DNA from: Eledone cirrhosa
Taxonomy: Eukaryota
Length of the DNA stretch: 64,000 nucleotides
NCBI GenBank assembly: GCA_964016885.1
Contig: OZ024751.1
Location: forward strand, 24,614,001-24,678,000
Direction of reading: 5' to 3'
Made by a program: the position numbers and the translations under genes. This document shows positions 55,166 through 64,000 of this stretch, one piece after another. Each line of letters starts with the position of its first letter. Within the stretch, counting starts at the first letter, position 1. Below the pieces are notes generated by a model, which was not told the DNA's origin, made no database searches, and saw only the letters and a list, made by a program, of their open reading frames with translations.

Positions 55166-56544
55166 TGTTGGATGATGAGTATATATATATATATTTAAAG
55201 TAACATATAATCAATTTAATTAGTCATGCTAATTAATCTAACATTATATCTTCCTGTGAGATATCACCAATATTTTATTGTTATCAATGTGAGATATCAC
55301 CATTTTATTATTTTATCAATCTGTTGTCACCATATCTCGACTTTATCTTCTCATTAACTTAACAAGAAATCTATTAATATATATATTGATAATATAGTGA
55401 TAGATCATTGTTAAGTGAATGTGATCTTACATTAGCATGTTGGTGTTGTTGTTGTTGGTAGCGGTGGGGTTGTTGTTGGTAGCGGTGGGGTTGTTGTTGG
55501 TAGCGGTGGGGTTGTTGTTGGTGGTGGTGGTGTTGTTGTTGTTGGTAGTGGTGGGGTTGTTGTTGGTGGTGATCTAGATGATGGTGGTGGTAGTGTTCAT
55601 AGTGGTATTGACAGTGTTGATGTTGGTAGTGTTGTTGTTGGTGGTGCTGTTGTTGTTGTTGTTGGTAGCGGTGGGGCTGTTGTTGGTGGTGGTGTTGTTA
55701 TTGTTGGTAGTGGTGGGATTGTTGCTGTTGGAGCTGTTGTTGTTGAAGTTGTTGGTGTTGTGGTGGTGGTGGTGGTGGTATTGTTATTGTTGTTGTTATT
55801 ACTGAACCACAATAGAGACACAACACCCGCCCAAGGTGCTACTTCTTAACCACACAGCTATGTCTAAAGAACTAATAGGAAATATATAAACACTAGGATT
55901 TTTTTCAACATGCTGATGCATATCTGTATGTGTGTGCATGTGTGTATGTGCATATGCATACATTTATATGTATGAGTATATAAATATAAATGTGTAAACA
56001 CAAACACACTTACTAAAATACACACTCACACACAGCATAGCAAATGGAACACCAGCTGCTGTTTTGCTATAGTTTTTTCACCATCCCCTTCCTTCCTTTT
56101 ACACACATATATCCACATAAACACACACACACACACACACACATTGTATGATGGATGGAAATCATTCAAATTTATATGTCTATTATGTCCATATGAGATT
56201 TAATATAACAATATTAAAGTTATATTCTCTGGTTAACATATAATATAGGAAACATATAAATATATATTATTTCCGTATGAAACTAGATATAAATCATTGT
56301 GATTGTTATATTAAAGTTATAATCTCTGGTTAACATACAATATTGTCATTTGGATAACAAAGTAAACTTTTTGATTTAAAATTTTTGAAAAATTGAATGA
56401 AATGTCACCAAGCTTGACTTTTAGTTGAAGTGAGGAACATAGAAATATATTTACTTTGATGACTTTGGAACTATGTTTGTGGTGTGTATATACATACATA
56501 TGTACATACATATATATACATACATACATCATCGTCATCATCAT

Positions 56545-57690
56545 CACAAAATCTGTATCATCAGCATTCAGGAACTCCCTAACAAGAGTGCCAAATGTTT
56601 TTGACTTGATGTTAAACTGTTTTAGATTAAATAATTTGCTGGAGTTCTAATTCACAAGTATACACCAATTGCGAACTATTGGAAGTCATATGTCTGCAAC
56701 ATGGCAAAGTAGATGGGGAACAGAGTAGATGCAGGTATGTCCCCTTCCTTGACACCGTTTTCCACTAAAAGTGGCCCTGAAAGTGTCCCATTGAAGTTCA
56801 CTTTTGCTTTCATATTTTGATGGAGTTTTTTGAATATACCAACAAATTCAGGAGGCATCCAAGTTTACCCAATACGACCTACAGGGCACTACTATTAACA
56901 GTATCAATGGCTTTGGTAAGGCCACAAATACTTGGTAAATTGGCACTAGTTGTTCAACACACTTCTCCATTAGCTGACGGGCTGAGAAAATCATGTCCAT
57001 AGTACTCTGCACAGATCTGAATCCACACTGGGTCTCAGGGATGGCACCAGGGCAGATCCATTTTATTAGACGATTCAGAAAGACCTTGGATAAGACATTT
57101 CCTACCAATTTTAGCAGAGTTATACCACGATAATCACCACATTCCAACTTAGAGCCTTTGCACTTGTAAATTGATAGCAAAGTTGCATCTACCCAGTCAT
57201 GCAGGACAGGTTCACCATGCCATACAGATAAGATTAGCTCATGAATGACCACAGCAACATTGTCTCCTCCAGAGTGGATCAGCTCATCAGGTATTCCATT
57301 GAAACCTGGAGCTTTCCTTATGTTCATTTCTTTGATAGTAGACCTTATCTCATTAAAGGCTGGATCATTCATCATCTCTGTTACAGTCTCCTTTTGTGGC
57401 AGCCCATTAATAATTTCCTCATCAACTACAGATGGGTTGTCAAACAGATCTTTAAAGTGTTCAGTCCACCGACTCATGATTCCTGCTGGATCTTTGATGA
57501 GGACGTTCCTATCTTTTGACTTTAATGATGCCATTTTTTAAGGTTGTGTACCAAAAACTTGCCTTATTGTGATATATTGTGATGCCTTCAAGTTCTCTGC
57601 AGTTATAAGCCCTCTGCATTTCTGCTGAACTTCAGACAACCAGTTATTCTTTATCTTTCATGTTTTACTTTGCAGTTTTGATTTTGCTTC
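56545..57690 (-). mobile_element. RTE/BovB-like LINE reverse transcriptase fragment (pseudogenised)
   Basis: RWTEHF, KAPGFNGIP, YRGITLL, QCGFR, GVKEGD and ADD motifs, with frameshifts. Confidence 0.9.
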
Positions 57691-58487
57691 TTTGAAGGCT
57701 ATCTCAAAAGTGGTCCTCACTGGACCCTCTACAACAAGGCATACACTTCTCAAAGGGCAGAGGAACTCATGAGAGTCAGTGGCCATCCAACAGTGTGTAT
57801 AATGAATATATTGTGTGGGTGTGTAAATGTGTATATGTGAGTGAGTGTAGGATTGTTTGTGTGAGTGTGTGTGTGTACGTCTATATATATATATTTTTTT
57901 TAAACTTTTAAATTTTCAAACTTCTAAATTTTAAACTTTTAAATTATTATTTTTTATTTCATTTTATCATATTTATCTATTTTTCCTATTTATTATTTAT
58001 CTAGTCTATCCTATGGCTGCTGCAGCTACTCTTCTTATTTATTTATATTGAGAGAGAAGGTCACACTGAAAATCCTGTGGTTGATACAGCTACCAATCAT
58101 CTTGGATCTGATTGTCATTGGATTCTGGCTGTGTGTAGCACAAACACATACTGCTTTGACATACATATATATATATATATATATACAGGGTCCCCCAAAA
58201 AAAAACAATATGTACACACTTTTATTAGAATGCTGTAGAAGTGTATATACATTTCTTTGTGACACCCTATATATATTAATATAGATACACACACACACGC
58301 ACACACACACACACACAAACACACACAAACACACACAAACACAAATATATATATATACACACACACATACACATATGTATGTGTGTGTGTATCATAATTA
58401 AAAGCCGATGTGATTACTAAATCTAGTCATTGAAACGTGTGTTATTAATTACGAGTTCTTTGTAGTGTAAATTGATTATGCATATAT

Positions 58488-59143
58488 ATCATCATCATCA
58501 TCATCATCATCATTTTACGTCCGCTTTTCCCTGCTTGCAAGGGTGGGACGGGTCTTATTCAGCACAGCATCTCTCCACTCATCACGGTCCCTCGTCATCT
58601 CCACCGTGAGCTTCAATGATCTGAGGTCTGTTCTCACCACCTCCGCCCATGTTTTTCGTGGTCTACCTCTACTACGTCTTCCTTCAACTGGCATTTCCTG
58701 GCACTTCTTCACCCATCGGTCATCCTCCATGCGCATCACATGTCCATACCACCTCAGTCTCCTCTCCCGTACACTACATTCTATCCCTCTCAGACACAGT
58801 TTCTCTCTCAACTCATTTATGCTGGGTCGTTCACGCACATTTACACTGCACATCCAACGGAGCATGCTTGCCTCATTTCTCTCCAGCCGTCGCATATCTT
58901 CTGCGGTAGCTGCCCATGTCTCACTACCATGCAGCATCGCGCTCCTCACACAGGCATCATACAACCGGCCTTTCGTACGCAGGGAGAAACCCTTCTTCGT
59001 CAACAGAGGAAGCAGCTCCCTAAACTTCTTCCAACCCGTCCTTATTCTAGATACTATGGCCTCGGAACACCCTCCTCCCATGCTAATCTGATCTCCTAGG
59101 TACCGGAAGCTATCCACCACTTCTATAGCGCCCTCTCGCATTT
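58488..59143 (-). mobile_element. RTE-clade LINE 3' end, intact frame, (GAT)n tail
   Basis: IEVVDSFRYLG...LYDACVRSAMLHGSETW...RLRWYGHVMRM...GRPRKTW. Confidence 0.95.
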
Positions 59144-59189
59144 GAAAAATGTGTCTATCAGTGCGACTTCTACTGTCTAATTATATATA

Positions 59190-59420
59190 TATTTTGAGTA
59201 TATGTTGGTTGTTTACCGACACCTCAGTATGCAGGTTGGAGCACTCGATGAAGTACGCAGGTTGGTTTGTTTACTCCGGAATAATGTAAAATAAGTCAGT
59301 TAAACATGTTTAATTTGGCTTCGTTTATTACAATTTCTCTGCTATATATATTTCGGTGACAGCTATTATTTGCTGTGACCTCTTCAGGCAGTCCGAATTA
59401 ATGTAGAAAAATCAGGTAAA
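59190..59420 (-). mobile_element. PLE-end element; its 3' tail recurs at 9607-9717 (+)
   Basis: Hammerhead plus AATAAA plus ~110 bp shared with 9607-9717. Both copies end at (TA)n. Confidence 0.7.
59339..59391 (-). ncRNA. Minimal hammerhead ribozyme motif
   Basis: CTGC-CTGAAGA-ggtcacagc aaataata gctgtcacc-GAAA-TATATA-TA^-GCAG; AATAAA downstream. Confidence 0.85.
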
Positions 59421-59874
59421 AATGTTGTTGAAGTGTGTTCCACTCTGTCAATTCTTTGATATGTCCAGCTCCTGGCTGTGTTGTTAGTCCTCCGAGGAAC
59501 TGGAATCATATGGGCTAGAACAAACGAATATCAGCGTCATAGGACACGCTCGTACCCCATTGGTCAGTTATCATACCACTCCCCAACCGAAAGTCTATAG
59601 AAATTCTTCAGAGACAGGTCAGCCTGCTATAGTTGTTTTTATCAGAATGTTTAAGTCCAGCTGACCTCCTTTACCATGGTGGTAGTGATGTTAAGAGGTC
59701 AGCTAGCAGGTCAACCTTAGTAGTCTGCTGCTATGATCTGAAGAATTTATGTGTGTAGACTGGCATCTCATCTGCCACCACTTCACGTGGGGGGAGGGGG
59801 GGTCCAAACAAAGAGTGCGTGTGTGTTACAACCAATAAAAATTTAAAAGATCGAAAAATTTGAAAAATATAAAA

Positions 59875-60260
59875 TGAAATAAAAAACCTGTGTGTCAGAA
59901 TCGAGAAGTGTAAAGAACTACAATTCTTATTTTAGCATAGGGTACATGCGTGTAATTGTCCACCAATGCACACCGCTGCGCGTGCACATGTATAAACACA
60001 GGCTCGAGTGCATTCACCTATTTACGTCCACACAGTCCAACAAAAGATGGGTGCGTTTTAAAACAAATGAAGTAAAAATGGAGTAAAAAATAAAATACCA
60101 AAAAAACCTGTGTGTCAAACTCCAGAAGTGTAAAGGACGACCATTCTTATTTAAGCATAAAGTACATATGCGTATATGTTCGTCAATGCACACCATTGCA
60201 CGCACACACACACACACAAAACAGAGGCTCAGGTGGGTTCCCATATTACGTCCACACAGT
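59875..60260. repeat. Two diverged ~225-bp direct repeats
   Basis: aaaaaacctgtgtgtca...agaagtgtaaag...cattcttattt...caatgcacacc...tacgtccacacagtc occurs twice. Confidence 0.7.
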
Positions 60261-60489
60261 CACACACATGCATACATGCACGCATACACACAATTCCATA
60301 TACGCTCACATGTGGATACACACACACGGAAACAGGGTCAAAAGTTCCCTCTGGAGGTGGGGAGAGGGGTAAGTAGTAGTAATAGGCACGTCCTATTTAC
60401 TTGTGGTATTTATCACTATCATGCGCGCGAAGGGGGTCGGGTTTGAGGCAGGGTATTCTCCTGGTACTCCCCAACGGCCCTCAACCCAC

Positions 60490-60537
60490 CCACATAGGAA
60501 TAGACTAAGAAACATTACGTGGTACAACCCACCCTAT
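60490..60537 (+). mobile_element. Tiny PLE coding remnant
   Basis: HRNRLRNITWYNPPY matches the R-x-R-x-I-x-W-[FY]-NPP motif of the PLE RT-endonuclease linker. Confidence 0.45.
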
Positions 60538-60932
60538 GTCTATGTGCATGTGAGTGTATGTGTGTCTGTGTATGCACAAGTGTGTGCATGCATGTATGCA
60601 TATGTGCGTGTGCATGTCTGTGTTCATGTGTATCTGCATGTGTGTGTGTGTGTGCATGTGTATGCATGCATGAGTGTGTGTGTTTGTGTGTATATGAGTG
60701 TATGTGTATGCATGGACATGTGTATGTGAATGTATGTGTGAGCATGGGCATGTGTATGTGAATGTATGTGTGAGCATGTATGTGTGTGTATGAATGTGTG
60801 TTTAGGAGGGTGAGGGAGAAGGGGATGGATGGGTGCTAAAGGTGTGACAGTGGTAAGGAGCTGGTATGGAGCGGAGGGGTGTATGATGATGAAGGGTGAT
60901 GGCAGTGAAGAGCTGTGATGGAACAGAGGAAA

Positions 60933-60972
<40 letters not shown>

Positions 60973-61265
60973 GTAATGGTGGTGGTGATGATGATGATGA
61001 TGATGATGGTGATCTCCATCTGTAACTCTTTAAAATTTATACACAAAACGATGATGATGATGATGATGATAATGATGGTGGTGGTGATGATGATGATGGT
61101 GATGGTGATGGTGATGATGGTGGTGATGGTGATGGTGATGATGATGATGGTGATGGGGAAGGATGATGATGATAATGGTGATGATGATGATGGTGATGAT
61201 GATGATGATGGTGGTGATGATGATGATGGTGATGGTGTTGGTGATAATGGTGACGATGATGATGG

Positions 61266-61300
<35 letters not shown>

Positions 61301-61346
61301 GTGATGATGGTGATGATGATGATGATGGTGATGATGGTGATGATGG

Positions 61347-61377
<31 letters not shown>

Positions 61378-61520
61378 GGTGATGATGATGATGATGATGG
61401 TGGTGATGATGATGATGGTGATGATGGTGATGATGATGATGATGGTGATGGTGATGATGAAGAGTGATGGCAGTAAAGAGCTGTTATGGAGCAGAGGAAA
61501 GATGATGATGATGATGATGA
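60933..61520. repeat. (GAT/GGT)n field
   Basis: Trinucleotide repeat bounded by a duplicated gtgatggcagt.aagagctgt.atgga.cagaggaaagatg motif. Confidence 0.9.
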
Positions 61521-62605
61521 CTCCAAGCTGGAAGCGGCAGAGTTATGACTCATCTCTTCTGTTTCATGCTGCGTTGGTTGCGTCAAACCTCTTGTGACAA
61601 TGGCTCCACCTCCACCTCCTCCACACTACCACCACCACCACCACCACTACACCACCACCACCACCATCACCACCGCCACCACCACCATCACCACCACCAC
61701 ACCACCACCATCACCACTACCACCACCACAGCCACCCACCACCACAACAAACCGACACCACCACCACCACCACCATCACAACACCACCTCCACCACATCA
61801 CAACACCCACCACCACCATCACCACCACCTTCACCACCACCCCCACCATCACCGCCACCGCCGCCACCACCATCGACACCACCACACCACCACCATCACC
61901 ACTACCACCATCACCACCACCTTCACCACCACCACCTCCATCACCGCCACCGCCGCCACCACCATCGACACCACCACACCACCACCATCACCACTACCAC
62001 CATCACAGCCACCCACCACCACGACAAACCAACACCACCACCACCACCACCACCACCACCACCGCCGCCACCACCATCAACGCCACCACACCACCACCAT
62101 CACCACTACCACCACTACAGCCACCCACCACCACTATCACTACCACCACACCCACAACAAACCAACACCACTACCAACACGACCATCGCCACCAACAATT
62201 GCATCATCACCACCACCATCACCACCACAAGCAACCCCTACCACTACCATCATAACAATCCCACCCACCCATACACATAAAGTGAGGAGTAGGAGGAGGA
62301 GGGGGGTAGGAGTAGGAGAAGGTGGGAGGTTTTGGTGCTACAATTCACCAACTTTAATCAATATTTCACTTCTTAGAATATCGTTTTCACTTCTAGTTCT
62401 ACCTTGGTTTGTTTCAAAATCTAATTCATTGATGCATGTACATCATTTACAACATTCTATCTTCATTCTCCATGGATTATATACACACACACACACACAT
62501 ATATGTCTTTCCTGACATTTGTACATTATTCTATGTACTATACATGCACCTTTGATGAGTTGTAGTGCACCTGAGCACTGTACACAATCATTTTCATTAT
62601 TATTA

Positions 62606-62796
62606 GGGCGGTGGGTTGGCAGTATCGGTGGAGGGTCGGACGCCATGCTTTCCAGCATAGTTACGTCCCTTTACGATCTGAGTTCAAATCCCGCCGAGGT
62701 TGACTTTGCCTTTCATCCTTACGGGGTCGATAAAATAAAGTACCAGTAATGCACTGGGTAATTGCTGGCCTTGTGCCTAAAGTAGAAACAATTATT
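62606..62796 (+). mobile_element. tRNA-derived SINE family A, full copy; others at 1-135(-), 155-345(-), 985-1230(-), 6117-6280(+), 15272-15350(-), 17712-17870(+), 48210-48590(-, two)
   Basis: A-box tggcagtatcgg, B-box gagttcaaatcc, conserved gcctttcatccttacggggtcgataaaataaagtaccagt, AT-rich tail. Confidence 0.9.
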
Positions 62797-63016
62797 TTAC
62801 GATCGTTTCTGGGGGTTAGTTCTGCGTATGAATTACCCGTATTTTTTTTTTCATTATTTTCACTATTTGTATTATTTTGACTCTGCTTCCAATGAATTAT
62901 ATCGTTGAAAATTTTGCATTTTAAACTTTGCTTCACGACATCTACATACGGATTACATTGAGTTCTTCATACGGCTTGGACCCTACCATTAATTGGTGGA
63001 TTTATCTGTGTGTGTG

Positions 63017-63092
<76 letters not shown>

Positions 63093-63329
63093 ATATTAAA
63101 TAAATGGAAACTATATTTATAAAACCATATTTATTTCATTATATATATTTCGGTGATATCATATTAACAATATGCTATGCCTTCCTCAGACAAAATACAA
63201 TATAAACAGTTTTATAGATAAATATAACTTTCCATGTATATATATGCATATATATATATATGTATATATATATACATATACATATGTATATATATATGTA
63301 TATATATATACATATATTTGTTTTGCAAT

Positions 63330-63540
63330 GTTTTTGATATAAAATTGTGTGTTGAAACAAATATTGTTATATTTGGGGAGGGTCATATTGTTATAATATT
63401 GCTAGAAATAATAATAAAACACACTCACTGTTTGGTTTGGATTGGTTTTCGCTTCTGTACCTTTTATATCTCCCTAATTAATGTATCTGGTAATCAGTGT
63501 TTCTCATTGATTGACCAACAGTTAAAAATACAGATATAAA
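63330..63540 (+). mobile_element. Short (TA)n-flanked repeat family; relatives at 2046-2220 and 28820-28925
   Basis: Shared ggggagggtcatattg...acactcactgtttgg sequence and GAAACAaATATTGTT motif. Probably a PLE end. Confidence 0.5.
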
Positions 63541-63655
63541 TATATATATAGTCTATCAAAGTTCCTTCATCACACATCTGTGACATCATCAGTGGTACTA
63601 TTATATTTTATTATATTTCCTCTCATTATATTGTAATGTCTACATCATTTTTATT

Positions 63656-63690
<35 letters not shown>

Positions 63691-63780
63691 TTCTTGTCTC
63701 TGTCTCTAAAATACGGCAAAAGCTTCTATTTCTACTAAATTTAAAACTCTATTCGCTGTCTTCAAAACAAACACTTGCTT

Positions 63781-63825
<45 letters not shown>

Positions 63826-63861
63826 CATTCCATTTGTAAAACAATAGGTTATGTACCAGTT

Positions 63862-63962
63862 ATGGTGTCCCCAAAAAATGTATACACACTTTGATTACCT
63901 GTACAGGCAATATTTATTGAAATGCTGTTGAAGTGTACATACATTTTTGGGGGACATCCTGT
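63862..63962. mobile_element. Tc1/mariner-type MITE; relative at 58186-58270
   Basis: ~30-bp terminal inverted repeats ggtgtccccaaaaaatgtatacacactt / aagtgtacatacatttttgggggacatcctg, TA flank. Confidence 0.7.
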
Positions 63963-64000
63963 ATATATCTAGCCTGATCAGTTGGAGACGGTTGCTTCTG

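Overview
This window is repeat-dominated animal genomic DNA, probably from an octopus or other coleoid cephalopod. That assignment is an inference from the SINE, LINE and microsatellite content. Almost all long ORFs in the supplied track are microsatellite or minisatellite artefacts. What the sequence supports: (1) small exons of an unidentified minus-strand gene at about 14.2-44.3 kb, with mostly matching intron phases; (2) decayed Penelope-like elements (PLEs; N-terminal, RT-thumb and GIY-YIG fragments), RTE, CR1, Tx1/L1 and RLE-type LINE fragments, two tRNA-SINE families, and mariner, piggyBac and Helitron-type remnants; (3) about ten minisatellite arrays. The strongest unannotated signal is a dense set of minimal type-I hammerhead ribozyme motifs (stem I - CUGAnGA - stem II - GAAA - short, usually palindromic stem III - UH - stem I'). 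About a dozen sequence-unrelated versions sit in short elements inserted in (TA)n. Seven such elements form inverted duplications, all with the same polarity. All folds and exon models were read by eye and need computational and experimental confirmation.
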